Assembly: GCA_965655095.1 (NCBI GenBank) | Contig: OZ296656.1 | Coordinates: 34,038,001-34,102,000 of the forward strand | Direction: 5' to 3' | DNA length: 64,000 nucleotides | DNA from: Haplodiscus bocki | Lineage: Eukaryota | Shown here: positions 28,701-41,561 of the stretch, one piece after another | Position numbering within the stretch: position 1 is the stretch's first letter | How the letters are laid out: each line of letters opens with the position of its first letter | The notes under the pieces: model-generated | Seen by the model: the letters and a program-made list of their open reading frames with translations, nothing else | The model's database searches: none | What the model was told of the DNA's origin: nothing | Translations under genes and position numbers: made by a program

Positions 28701-29900
28701 GCAAACGTAATTCAATTTTTCTCTTTTGATTGTTTTATTCTCTATGAGAAGTTTGCCTTGCTTTGTTTTAAATTCAGTTTTCCTCGGTCTGCTGATTCAC
28801 TCGTCTGCTCTTATGCTGCAATTTGATTGATTCTTAGTCAGAATTGTAAAACGTTGAACCAGTTTGACTCAAGCAACGGTATGAAATCTTCGTAGCCTGA
28901 AATGATTTTCGACAATTCTCATTCTACGTCAACGTTTTCAAAACTTAGGCTCGTGTCATTTTCAGATTTCACTCTATTTTTTGCTGAGTTCAATTTTTTT
29001 TTGGTTCTTCGTTTTGTTAGCGGTTTTGAAATTCAAGTTGGCATTCACCTTGTCGGCAAGTTAATGACTGATGATCTTGTATCTAAAATTACTTCAGTTT
29101 CTTTAACTTTCATTTATATGCTTGTTCAATTAGTTTTCCGTTTCTTGCATTGCCAGATCGGTTGCAATAGTTTATTCGGCATTTTTATGATCTCTTTTCC
29201 TTAACGTACTCCTGATTGATCCTTTTTACCTGTTTGCTTACGCAAAATTATCGTTTTTGGCACAATAATTACAAATTCTCTGTTTTGCCGAGCCTCTGTG
29301 TTCTGCTGTCCGGTTCTGTATTGCACGAAAAAAGCATGGTTGGCTTGGTGTTTGGTTGCTCAGCTTTCTTTTCTACTTCTGGACTTTTTTGTAGCTCATT
29401 TTCTAATTCAATTTAGTTAATTGAATGACTTCTTTACCGCTTGTTTTGTCATGAGTGACTTGTTTATTTCGGTTGTTAATTAGTTTCACGCTGATTTATT
29501 TCATCCAGTCTGTGATTTTTTAACATGCTATCCGTCGTTGAGATCATGAATATTGGAACCATCTGTTCCGAAGGTGGATTGACTTTGGTTGCGCAATCTT
29601 CTTCTTCTTCGCTTGTTTTTTGGAAACTTTTGTGTTTTCTTTTCTTTGTGGTTCCCATCAAATTCGTCTCGGCTAAGATTTGTTTCTTTTGTTGTAAGAA
29701 GTTTGTTTTGGCTCCACTACATAAATTTCAACAAAAACATCTTTTTGGTGAAAACTTGGTTGACAGTTCAAACCTCATTTGGGCATGACCTTGAACCTGC
29801 TGTAACTCCCTACATTTCTAAGTGGAGGTTTCGAAACCCGTTGATTAACTTCAGAATCATTCGATTTTTTTGATAACTTAGTCAAACGTCAAGAAACTCC
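25741..29900 (-). pseudogene. Degenerate Gypsy gag-pol internal region
   Basis: Minus-strand remnants in Gypsy order: protease-like VILDTRSSVI (about 29070), RT-like IALESSR (about 28510), RNase H C-terminus ADHQSLQP...AWQTKWLD...HYNVKVQH (27390-27596). Many stops and frameshifts. 5' LTR not found; boundary approximate. Confidence 0.65.
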
Positions 29901-31908
29901 TTTTTACTGAGACTCTATCTGAGACCCCTTTTTATAAAGTTTGATTTTAAGATCCGCAACGACCAAAAAATTTTTACGAATTTTGATTCCGTATTTTTAG
30001 TCCTTTCTCAGATCAGTATTGGATCTATGTCTACTTCACAAACTCTGTCAGTGTTTTGTTTGAATCGGTGTAGTTCATGTTTTTGGTGTAATTTTTTATA
30101 TGATCCCGCTTGACCGATTTAAGTCTTTTTTGGTTGAAAAGTGGGTTGACTGAGCTATGTTTTACTTCCGACTCATCTAAGTTAAAAAATCTTCATCCGT
30201 ATTTCTTCCTAACCGTTATATCGGTATAGATTTGTTTTTTTTGAAAAAAATTGTGATAGGTATAATTGAAGTTGTAAGCAATCATATAAACAACTGAAGA
30301 CTGTGAAACATTTTTCAGTAGTTTAGTTCGTTTTCTTGAGTTTTAGTGGTCTTTTGGATGGACGGGTTGTTTTTCAGGCTCTAGAATCTTTCGGTTAGAC
30401 CATCTTTTTTCACTTGGTCATCAAATGTCAAGTGATTATTGATGGTCATGGTTGACAAGAAATTTTAAAAATGGTCGATGATACGTTATTGCAAAACCAT
30501 ATATTTCTGGTATGGAGATGCATAGCCCATCAACTGGAAAGTCACTTTCATGCTAAGTCTACTTGAGATTGTATTGCTCAGTTGAAAAACGAACCATTGG
30601 ACGATCTTGCCAGCCGACAGGGCAGAATCTCAGCTACCAAGAATTATAAAAACGTCATAAATTGGTTGTTCACCTTACAACTGCTGTTCACAAAGGCAAA
30701 AATTCATCGAGATCAGAGGTTTCTTCAAGTGAATAATTTTGGAGTTTTTTCAAAGAAAAATTTAGTAATCTGAAACTAGATAGTTTTTCTTGATCATTAA
30801 AAGCTTTCACGACACTAGTGCTTGGCATTTGAGCAGAACTGCCATTATCGAACAAAACACGGTTAATTTTTTCAAGATCCATGCAAAAACATGGTAGCCT
30901 TGTGAAGATACATGGTTCATGGCACTCTTGGAAAGATATGACCCAGATCTTGTGCAGATCTTAGCAAGACTGCCATGCAAAATCAAACCTGCCAATCATG
31001 CCTGATCGATGTTAAAACATGAGCCTTGCCATGAACGCGCATGATCATGCTAACCAAGTCAAGATCTTGTCAAGATGCGTTTCTCTGGCAACCGGCTCAC
31101 GCTTTGACTTTCTACAAAGTTTCGATAAGGTTTGAGCTCCGTATCCTAACAAAAATCATGCATACACTGTATTTCAGTTGTCATGTCTTTTTCAGATAAA
31201 TGGTATATCTTCCAAAAATTTCCCATTTCGAATTCAGAGCTTTTCAGTACGCACTATCTCGGTGAATTCCAATTTTTCACATTTTGCAGTGAATAATCTG
31301 GTGGGATTTCTTTGTTCCTCTTGCAATCTTTTTGTTCTGCAGGCTTTTGGCAAAAAAATTTTTGCAAGCTGAATAATTTTTTGGGTCTTTTGAGTCTCAA
31401 TCAACTGATGAGGTGTCAGTTTGAGTTTGGACACGGGCGTATAGCCCATTTGCAAGCCGGCATAGTTAGCCCATCTATTCGCAATTGTGAGGCAAAAACA
31501 GCCGAAAAACACTTAAAAGCTTTCAAGAAATTTCACTGGTAGTATTCTGACGTATTATATCAACGGACCACAACAGCACTAAACCAATGCTGTCAAGAGC
31601 CGGCACAACCTAACCAATCCTTCACTGTATGCAACTCAAGTTACGGCTTCGATTTTACTTGTAATTGAATTACTTCAACCTTTCTGTCAGAGGAGGTCTC
31701 GTCTGGGCCTAATCCCTGGGAGGATTGGCTCAGAGAGACATCCACTTCAAGGTGAGGATCATTCTGCAAGCGGTCCTCATTCGTTCCCTGGTTTTCTCTG
31801 CTTGAATTCCGAGATGTCTCTGGAACGGGTCCGGAGTGAACCCGGGCTTGTGCGTTCAGAAGAAATTTATCTAGTCGTGATTAGGCGCCCAAAATGGGAC
31901 CTTCCGTC

Positions 31909-33705
31909 TGTCACAGAACGTCTGCGAGGCCTGCGGACAGAAAATTCTCCCAACGAAGGACTTCCAGGACCATTGACTGAGGACTAAAAACCCTAAAGAC
32001 ACTAAAACTATATTTATACAAACCAATAAACTCATAACTCTATCCAATTACATATAGCGCATTATTTTTCATCGATTGTATATTAAAGATACGTAGTAGT
32101 TACGTATCCACCTTGTGCACAAATATGCAATTCATGTAAACGATACATAGTAGTTACGTATCGTTCCCTAATATATAGTTCATGCAAAAAGCACGTATCC
32201 GATACGTGTAATTCTGATGAACTGATCCGGGTTGGGACGGAGCAGACGCGGAGCAAACGGATATTCTTTCATTTCCCTACTGTACTTTAATATTATTATT
32301 AGGTGCTATTCTTATATAATTAATCTAACTAATTATTATATAAATTCACCTTTTAATTGACTAGTGCAGTAAACAGTTTATTTCGATTGACAGTTTTAAT
32401 AATTTTTCAATAGCGATTAACTAATATTACAGAGCGTGACTTCAAAAGTGAATATTTGTTCCGTATGTGTTCCGTCGTAATTAATCTGGTGACGTCGCTA
32501 GACTTTCAGCCAATCCGCTGTGCTACTATGCTGTCACTTTGGACGGACACGGAACGGTTACGTAGCCACCTGATACATTCTCTTCAGTAGCACTGCGGAG
32601 AGCAGTGCTACAAGCGGCTACGTAATCTTTCCGGAACGCTCCGGCCAAAGTGAGGCGTGGGCTGGTAGAAACGTGGAACGGACTAGGGAAAAGCCTAGTT
32701 TTGTTCTCAACAGTGGATTTAATTGATGCAATATGTAACCACATGTAAACATGAACTTTTCCAACATTTGTGTGAACTTTATTTCATGTATTTCACTTAT
32801 TTTTCGATGCATTTTCAATAATTTTCTCTTATGGAAAACTTCTTTGATCTTTTGTTTGCGTTACTATTTATTGTGTCGGCGCGGCAATAACCACTTTGAT
32901 GTCCATTTCTGACGGATCGGACCCGTACTTTTTCTGTCAAAAGATGGAAGAGACGCGATCCATGAAGGAAGAAATGGACGGAGAGGTGTTTATTTCCCGC
33001 CAGAGTTGGCATCTTTTCCAATATAAATATTATGTTTAAAGTCTTTTTCCCTATTTGTACCTTGATTTGGCGTGTAGACAATTATTTTTCCCGTGAAGGA
33101 AAAGGTAAAAATAACAGAAACGAAAGTATTTTTTTATATGATTTTGTAGCCGTCTGGTATTGTACTTTTTGTTAAAATGATTAACTGTTTCGTCTTCATT
33201 GAAAATTTTCTCTCATAATAAGGGGAGATCAACACTTTTGTTATTAAATCAAAACTTCAATTCAGTCTTCACTGCTGACAGTACTTTTGCCTCAGTATCA
33301 TGGCAACTTTGAGGAACAGAAGATAATTAGCGGCAGTTTCCAGAGAAAAACCTGAAAATACAAGGAACACTCAGTCACGAAACACAATTGATCCAGAAAT
33401 GGCTCAAATGTACATCTCCCAGGTTTCTGAACAGATTGAAGGGAGGGTCACTAAAAAACTCTCGAAAGAATTCAGTCGGACAGAATCACGTGTTTTGGGT
33501 GCTTTATCCGAGCTCGATGAGTTTCTTTTGAACCTACAAATTCGGACTTGTTCTGTAGCCGTTTCGGGAACGTCCAGGAACGACGACTCAGAAAGCCGGC
33601 AAAGCACTGGGGATCGTTCCTTAAGCGATCCCTGTCCCGAAGTGGTGTTTTCTTCCCATCACTCTTGCCATCCAAATGGCTAAGAGCTGGAAGAGTCCCC
33701 TCATA
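31909..33705 (+). mobile_element. Solo LTR (family A, 1797 bp) nested in opposite orientation
   Basis: TGTCACAGAAC...CCCTCATA. Perfect 5-bp TSD CCGTC at 31904-31908 and 33706-33710. Confidence 0.88.
33300..33705 (+). pseudogene. LTR-embedded ORF (putative Gag leader), 135 codons with two in-frame stops
   Basis: MATLRNRR*LAAVSREKPE...YISQVSEQIEGRVTKKLSKEFSRTESRVLGALSELDEFLLN...NG*ELEESPH. Homologous frames occur in three other LTRs of this window. Confidence 0.65.
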
Positions 33706-35112
33706 CCGTCCGATTGAACTCCTCAGCCGGTTTCTTTGTCACCCTACCCTCAATTTCCTCTGACACCTGAGTATTATAATCTTCCTGAATTCTAACAGAA
33801 GTTGGGTTTCGAACCTGGTTATTCTTAGGTTGATCTTCATGATTATCCTTGTTGATGCCTGATAATTTTCATTCCTCAGAGCTTCCATATTTGAGGAAAG
33901 GGAAAAAATCACAGTGTCCTTAGTCTGAAAAAACGATTACTATTTTGACAAAGTTGGAAACTTCAAGAGTCAAGTTTTCGCAAGAAGACTTACTGATTAA
34001 AGTCATCAGAATGATTACTTGTGTTTCGCACTTTCAATTCGGCTTTTTACACTGTTTCCTTGGCGGGAAACATAACGCCAAGTCAAGGTACAAATAAGGA
34101 GAAGTACTTTCATCAGTATGACATTCAATTGTGAATGCCAACTCTGGCGGGAAATAAACACTTCTTCCATTCATCTTCTCCCTCATAGGACCCGTCTTTT
34201 CCGTCTTTCAACTGAAACTGTGTAGACCTAATCCATCAGAGATGGACATCAAAGTGCTTATTCCCACGCCGACATTTTAATTTGTAATTACAATTCAGTT
34301 CCCAAACTGTGTAATAGGAAAACAAAACGATTAAATTTAAGAAATTCAAAATATAAGACCAACTATCAAAGAAAAATAAAAAAAAATATTGAAAGAAGAA
34401 TGTTCATTACTTTTCATGCAAATTTCTTCTAATACTAGTTCAATAGTCCAACTCTTTAGTAAAGAAGAGACACTATTAGCATTACTCGTTTACTCCTCAT
34501 TCGGATGAGTAGTTGCTAGTATCTCCAAGCAACTTCCGTAATTACTAGTAGTGGCAGTCAAGTCAAGCAGGCTGTGCTCAAATAAGGATTAAACACGGAG
34601 TCACTCCGTAAGCAGTACAGCACTGCTGCACCACCTAGTGATAGGAATAATTTTGACGTCACCAGAAACACGTACGGAACAACTATTCGCTTTTCGAGTC
34701 TTTTACAATCTAATGCAGTACCATTATTCTAAGTAATTGACAGCGTCATTTTGATAGCACTTTAGCACAGTAAATCAATTTAAGTACATTTAAAATGTGG
34801 ATTCATATCATGTGAATAAGATAATATGAAAATAGCACCTTTCAGGTCATTTGAACATCCGTTTGTTCCGTAACGGTTCCGTCCTAGTCTGGACCAGTTC
34901 ATTACGCTGATGCGTATATGATGGGGATCGGATACGTGCGCAATAGGAGAAACATGAAATATGAAGTGTATTGTGTTTCATTGACAATAGTTCATCAATC
35001 CCCTTGAGGGCCAGGAAATGTTCTTTTCCCATGCAGCTCCTGTCCGCAGGTTTTGCAGTTACTTGCTATGCTTTCTAATTTGAAAAAATTTGAGAAAATC
35101 ATTTGGCATTAT

Positions 35113-38100
35113 CCCAGGTTAAAACTTTGCCTGAAATTTTTCTACGATAACGGCGGATGGGCGGAAGAAAACGCGAAGCCGCCGGTACTTCGTATGAAAT
35201 AAACGGCGTTTCGACATTTCTTGGAAAAGTAGCAGAGGTTCTTGGCGTTTCTTGGAAGACTAAAAGCGGTTACAGGAGTCCCTTCGAAAATTCCCGCCCA
35301 TAGATTACCACCCGTATCTTTAAAAAATAACGGCGGACTTCGAATCACCACAATCTTAGCATAAATTCGCCAGACAAACTTTTACGGCTATCGTTCAGCG
35401 TTAGCAGCGGAATTCTTCAATTCTGGACCCCCTCAACCATCTAGGCAAACTTTTAAAAAACGTACTTCGGACAATGTTGCTTTCCACAAACAAAGTTTGC
35501 AGATGATGGAAACAGCAGTCCTTATGTTTCAAATCGAAGCCTCTCTGCCCGCGGGCACAATTTAACCCACTGGATTGGATCCATGAGGAGAACATGGCCT
35601 CCATAAGACACCAAATCTGTGGAAACGATACAATTTTCGCAATATCGCGCGGTATAAAAAATGTCTCAAGAAAAAACACGACCATCAAAATATACATCAT
35701 GTAAATAAAGTTATCGGACAAGGTTCCTTTCGACAAACAATGTTTGCAGAAGTGGAAACAGGAGATTTTATGTTTTGACTTGGATGTGCTCAGCTTGTGA
35801 GCGCCAGCTACCCTACTTGACTTGATTCAAGACGAGATCGTGGCCTCCTTAGAAACCCAAAAACTCATCAGCAGAATAGAGATATTACAAAAATGGCATC
35901 AATATGAAACTGAAGCAGCCCGATTTCGATATTGCAATGTGACGAATAGGCAGAATACATCTGAAAAAAAAACAAAAGTATTATTCAGAAGAATAGAAAG
36001 TATAAACAAACATGTCAGATAATGTACTCTTCCACAAAATTTTTCCGATGATGGAAACAAGAGTCCACATAATTGACATTTGTGGCTGTGAGACAGTCAA
36101 CTTTAAAAGATGCGGGACAAGAAAAGTCCTTCTACACAAGCCCAAAACTTTTCTGATAGCATACATGTCATGCCTGCATTCGGGAATTACTGAGTTATCT
36201 ACATATTCCTAAAACTACGACTAGGTGTTATATGTGTGAAGCTAACTATAGTGATTAAGATATTATTGCATTTCTGTAATCGAGAAAGAATTAACGCGAG
36301 TATGTCATACTACTTCCTTTCCTCCCAGATTGAACGCGACTACGTAATATTTGAAATGCTATGCAGTATGTAAAACCAAGTATCGCTGATCATATTATAA
36401 AACAAGTGTTACGCAACATCAATACCACTAGTGCATGAATGACAAGATAAAACAAACTCGACAGGTGCTAGATTCTAACTGAAGCTCAAATATGAAAATG
36501 CACATTAAGAGACTAGAAGACACCGTTAAACTTCGGCCGGAAATCTGCAATAATTACATGTGCCCTCTGTACTGCATTAAATTGACTAAATAGACTCGTA
36601 TTGAGCTGAATCTGCACCACATGGGAAAACATCCGTCCTGATTTTTCACTCTGAAATCCATTCTGTTATCAGTGCACATGGAAACTCTCGAATAGAGAGA
36701 GATTTAGCAGTAGATAAGACAGAAGTAGAATGGATTTGTGAGAAAGTAAAGATTCACAAAGTTTTCCATCCGTCCAAGAAGGGAAACGGTAAATTTTGAC
36801 TACCAACAGAGCCTGATGAATAAAATACACATGAGTATATGCTGGACAACGCACATCGGTTTCGGTCGAGGAGAGCAGCTTGCGGCACATCTCAGAGATT
36901 TTCCGATGTCTCAGGACTTGATACTAATGCTGAACATTCAAATACATGTAAACAGATATTATCTAAAATCTGCTGAATGAAAAACCTGATGTGTCAGTAC
37001 TAAGATGTATTCCGATGTCCCAAGTGAATAAAAGCCTTATATAGGAGTACTAACACCGACTTGGCTGATACATTAGGGATACAGACCTTTCCGATGTAAA
37101 TCGGAAAATGCTATAAAACATCTGAACATCTGAAACCATGTACCATGCAATTCATCAAATTTAGCCCTTATTTTGAAAAAAAATTAGAGATTATGTGCAC
37201 CATATTCAATTTATACAACATTGGCGCTAAAATTTGCATAAAACTTTTGGATCTCGTTCTAGTGACGGATTTGCGAGTCAGGCAGTAATTGACTTATTAG
37301 CACCTAGGGCAACAAGCCAATAAGAGCGCACCGATGATAAAAATTGCGTCTTACCATCGGTCACATGATCGCGTAAATCTGACCGCGAATATATAGAAAT
37401 TTAACCAGCAGAAGCGAGAGAACCAATGAACAGACCACGTGCAAGCCAAAAAGTTATAACGATTCTAACAATCAACAGTGCCTTATATTTTTGAAACATC
37501 GTTTCACGTCAGGAGTTAAATTTGTTTTTGTAAACTTTAGAAAACCATACTATCTCAACAAATATATCGGCCCAAGTTCTAATTGACGTCTTGCCGGTTG
37601 CATGAGCTTTTCTTTTAAGTTTAAAACAATAAGAAGTGAAAATTTGTACGACTTGAAAACGCAAACTAAGATGACTACGCACGGAGATGAAAACACAGGA
37701 GGAGCGGAAACGGGAATAATTGAGGGCGGCGAAGAGAATAACATAAGATTCTTCCCAGAGATATTAGATGAGAGGATAAAGACTATCCTTTAGCCTCTAC
37801 ACCCGCAAATTTCTGCCCTTACCGAGATGAAGGACCGGTTAATCCAAGACAATTTGACTACGGAATCTACGACAGCGATTTTCCGAGGGCCCGGACTCCA
37901 GTACGAGTCACCTTACAGTGAAGGACCGGGATCATCTAAGTTCCCGACAGTAGCACCTCTGACCACAGCGGGATACTCGTCCGACAATACAGACATCGCA
38001 AAACCGATATCGAACGGTATTTGAAACACACCACATTGCCGAATCGGAAAACATAGAAATGACACTTTTAGCTCGGCAAAAGGGAAAAAACGGAGATGAA

Positions 38101-38532
38101 GTTGTCGAAAGTATCTTTTCTCCCACTAATACAGTTGGAGATGATGGTACCGAATATCTGTTTTTTTTTCTATCAAACTGGATTCCACCACTCTTTTCAC
38201 CGAATTTTCTAAGCGAAGATTTTGGTATACGATAGCCTCCATTTTAGAACAAAAAACATTCCAACGTCTTTCGTTTTCCTTTTGCGGAAATCAGGTTTAC
38301 CGATTGGTTACGCCTTTTGGGCATCAGAATCAAAAAAATATACCGGCTTTTTTTGTAGGATATCGGCGGTAATAACGATTTTTTGTTGGAAAATAGCGGC
38401 GGTCAACCTCAATTCTCAACAGTAGTTCTACAATAACGGCGCATCGGCGGTTCTCAGCAGATTAACGGCGGTATCAGCGGAATTACCGGCGATCTTAGAA
38501 AAAAGGCAAATCTCAAAAAAATTCAACCCGGG
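35113..38532. mobile_element. Non-autonomous CCC...GGG element (CMC/EnSpm-like) carrying an LTR insertion
   Basis: Termini CCCAGGTTAAAA / TTCAACCCGGG with AT dinucleotide flanks. Many TAACGGCGG-like subterminal repeats at both ends. Confidence 0.5.
36166..37986 (+). mobile_element. Solo LTR (family D)
   Basis: TGTCATGCC...TCGTCCGACA with TSD ATACA (36161-36165, 37987-37991). ORF MTTHGDENT...LDERIKTIL*PLHPQISALTE...TAGYSSD runs from 37672 to the end. An alternative 5' end at 36947 also follows ATACA. Confidence 0.65.
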
Positions 38533-38631
38533 ATTTCTTTGGAAAAAACAAAAAAATAAAAGTCTAAGACTCTATTAACGCAGTGCATACATCACGCAAC
38601 CGTAGTTTCAATATTTTAATTTTTTCTACTC

Positions 38632-38984
38632 TCAAGATGGCATTAATTTGTAAAGGAAAAAATTGTAGGTCAACGAAGTCACAAGAAGGGCCAAAATTGT
38701 GGCAATTAGAATGGCCCCGAACACTTTCGATGTTCCAGCTTTCGCTTTCAACTCCTGAGTTTCTTTCTTGCCTCGCGGTAATAGAGGAAGGAACAATAGA
38801 CACCCTATGTTACAGGTGTATATGATGATGTATTGAAGGGCTACCATGTTTCTGTCGGTTGAATTGTCTCTCTCGAATCGTTCGTGGTCGCTAACATTGA
38901 AGGGACATGCCAACAAGTTGGCGATGATGGGTCCCAGACTCATGCTCGCATTCACTGAGGTTGTGAGAAGGGCATATGATAGAC
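38632..38984 (-). CDS. BT1/folate-biopterin transporter-like MFS protein, probable last exon
   Basis: Acceptor TTTAAG|GT CTA (phase 1) gives (G)LSYALLTTSVNASMSLGP...LLFLPLLPRGKKETQELK, the typical C-terminus of protist/oomycete FBT-like proteins. Joins in frame to the upstream exon. Confidence 0.8.
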
Positions 38985-39053
38985 CTTAAACATAATATAT
39001 GGTCGTGATGACTTCAAATTTTTTAAAATGTGGCCTCATATTGGCGGACAGTA

Positions 39054-39839
39054 CCCGGGTTGACGTGACATGCAAATCATACTATGCACCATAAACTATC
39101 ATACAAAAAACAAATTGCGGTAACATCCATTAGTTTCCTGTTTTTTAAATGTTCATCGTATGGAAAGTCTGTCAGCCATAAACTTGTTTGGCCAGTTAAT
39201 GACTTTTTTGATCCTTTGTATGGTCATCCAATGATTTTCATGTTTTTCTCGAATAATTTTTCGAAAAACAATTTTCAATTTCTTATTTACATAGTTTCGA
39301 GTAATTCAAAGGTCTTGAAAACTTCAATAACTGCCAATGAGATTGATCGTCAGCAACTTTCAGAGTTCAACTTTCCGCTTTTTTGCTAGGAAAGAAAGAC
39401 TCATAGCTATGTCCTAGTTTATCTAATAGTACATCACTGCAGATTATACTTTTCGGGAATGGGATTTCACGAGATCTCTATTTTAATTCTAGGCAACCAA
39501 AAATGAACGTAGATGGCATTTATTATGTTCCCCAGTCTTATTATTGCCAGAAGTTTTGAACTTCACACTTTGTAATGTATTCCATGAGTGTTTCAACTCA
39601 AATTTTTGTTCACTAGAATACGTTATCACAATCTAATAAAATTAGCGCATGCTTTTCTATACTATGGCCATACTATGGTACAGTGTATGACTTGCATGGA
39701 ATCATACTACATTATGGTCTTCTTATGACTTGCATATTACCATAGACCTGTATGGCAGATTCTGTGACTAATGTTTTCATAGATCACCATATATCACTTT
39801 CTATGATTTCCATGTTTTCTGTATGGTGGTAAATCAGGG
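39054..39839. mobile_element. Probable small CCC...GGG element in the intron
   Basis: TA|CCCGGGTTGAC ... AAATCAGGG|TA with CATAC/CTATG-rich subterminal repeats. TIR identity is weak. Confidence 0.35.
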
Positions 39840-40363
39840 TAGGGGGATCTTTCCTCTTAACTTCCTTCTCCAGCAATGGCTTTCCGAGTCAAAGCCAATC
39901 AGAGACCGGTTCGATTACAAAAGTAAGGCAGTTTGAGTTTTCAGAACTTTCTTCTCTCCCCCCCCCCCCCCACTTTGCTTTTTTAAAATTGACTTTCCAA
40001 AGAATAACAAAATGATTCCCGGAGAAGGAAGGTCTATTCAGGTCTTTGAAGGAACATTGGATGTCAAATATAATCCGTCAAAATTAAAATTGAAGAAATA
40101 TATATTGAAAATTTCTTAATTAACCCTTGGGGGGGGGGGGGGGGGGTTGGTTGATTGTTGATTAACAAAAAGGTTCATGAATGGAAACAAAATTGACTAT
40201 GGAAAATGATTATTTAATTCAATCTGTCTGTTGAGCTGCTTTTGGTTGGCGATTGGAAAATCAGCGACTACCATGCGAGCATCCATTCCTTATTTTGCCA
40301 CGCATGCTTCTGCGATTCCATATCATGCAGGAATCCTAGTTTATGGAACATTCGCGTATTTTT

Positions 40364-41091
40364 GGATGCGAGACAAAACCGCCGATTTTGAAAACGGGAC
40401 AAAATCGCCGATTTTGATAATGAGACAAAACCGCCGATTTTAAAGTGGGACAAAATCACCGATTCATAATAATACAGATCGCTAGTTTTTGCTAAGATAA
40501 AAGTTGTTCAAGATAAAAGCGTCTTGGCCTAATTACGGATAATTAGCAATTAAATTACTACTATACTAATGAAATGGTTATACTCCAAAATACCAAACCC
40601 AAAATAATTAAGCCCAAAATACGCAAAGTCAAAAAAATTTCAACCAAAATTTAAGTTTTTGTGAAAAGCCAAGTTAAATTCTGGACTGCCACGAACAAAA
40701 AATTATGAAAATTGATAATCCCAATATGTGCAAAACTAAATTTTCTGTCATCTAATGAAATGCCAACGAAACTAAAAAACTACTACAAAAAACAACCTAT
40801 TTTAATTTTTGCGCCATATAATTTTCTGATTTTTCTTGATACTCAATTGCATGAACCGAAAATATCCGAAAAGACTATTTCTGAATTTTTTGGCAATGGT
40901 GTTTTAGTTTTTTCAGGAGAAATTTTAGGATCTTTTCTGTTAATTCCGCCCCACAGTAGAAGCTCAAAATTTAACTCCTCCCCCCCCCCCCCCCACCCCC
41001 CAGGCAGAAGCAAACTCGTCTCTGATTGGCTAAAATTCACCCGCGCGTGAGTTAAAACATTACGCTGCTTATTGTTTCGCATATCCATTAT

Positions 41092-41135
<44 letters not shown>

Positions 41136-41463
41136 GGGGGATTAACATAAAAGATCCAAATTTTAATTATTCAGAGGAGTTCGGTACACAAAAGAAATCT
41201 TTGGTGGTGGCATTCTCGAAAATTTATTAGCCGCAAAAAGTGAAGGAAATTGCATTAAGTTCCTGGCATCTCATTTGGTAATATAATTGCTAATTATCGA
41301 TAATTAGACCAAGACGCTTTTATGAGTGAAACAATTTTGATAGCAATTTGTTCTCTTTTGCAAAATCGGCGGTTTTGTCTCATTTTCGAAATCGGCGGTT
41401 TTGTCCCGTTTCCAAAATCGGCGATTTTGTCTCATTTAAAATCGGCTCTTTTGTTCTGCCTCC
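40364..41463. mobile_element. Mutator-type MITE (1100 bp) in the transporter intron
   Basis: Perfect 9-bp TSD CGTATTTTT at 40355-40363 and 41464-41472. TIRs of about 200 bp start GG and contain GACAAAACCGCCGATTTT repeats of about 25 bp. Internal (GT)n and poly-C tracts. Confidence 0.9.
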
Positions 41464-41561
41464 CGTATTTTTATCTCCAGAAATGTGCGAAACACCGAAA
41501 ATTACTCATCCAATTCCAATGTTTTTTTTTCGGTAAAAGGTTGTTAATAATATTCACTGAC

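Larger units (their letters stand above)
31685..35070 (-). mobile_element. Solo LTR (family A relative) split by a nested LTR
   Basis: TSD CTTTC at 31680-31684 and 35071-35075. Its ORF reads ...EEIEGRVTKK..EEFNRT / EGPILGA...LD across the insertion. The 5' TG is mutated. Confidence 0.8.

Noticed and set aside
36947-37986. Shorter boundary for the family D LTR
   Set aside because: It also has ATACA-TG, but TTCCGATGT repeats span that point, which favours 36166. Not fully excluded.
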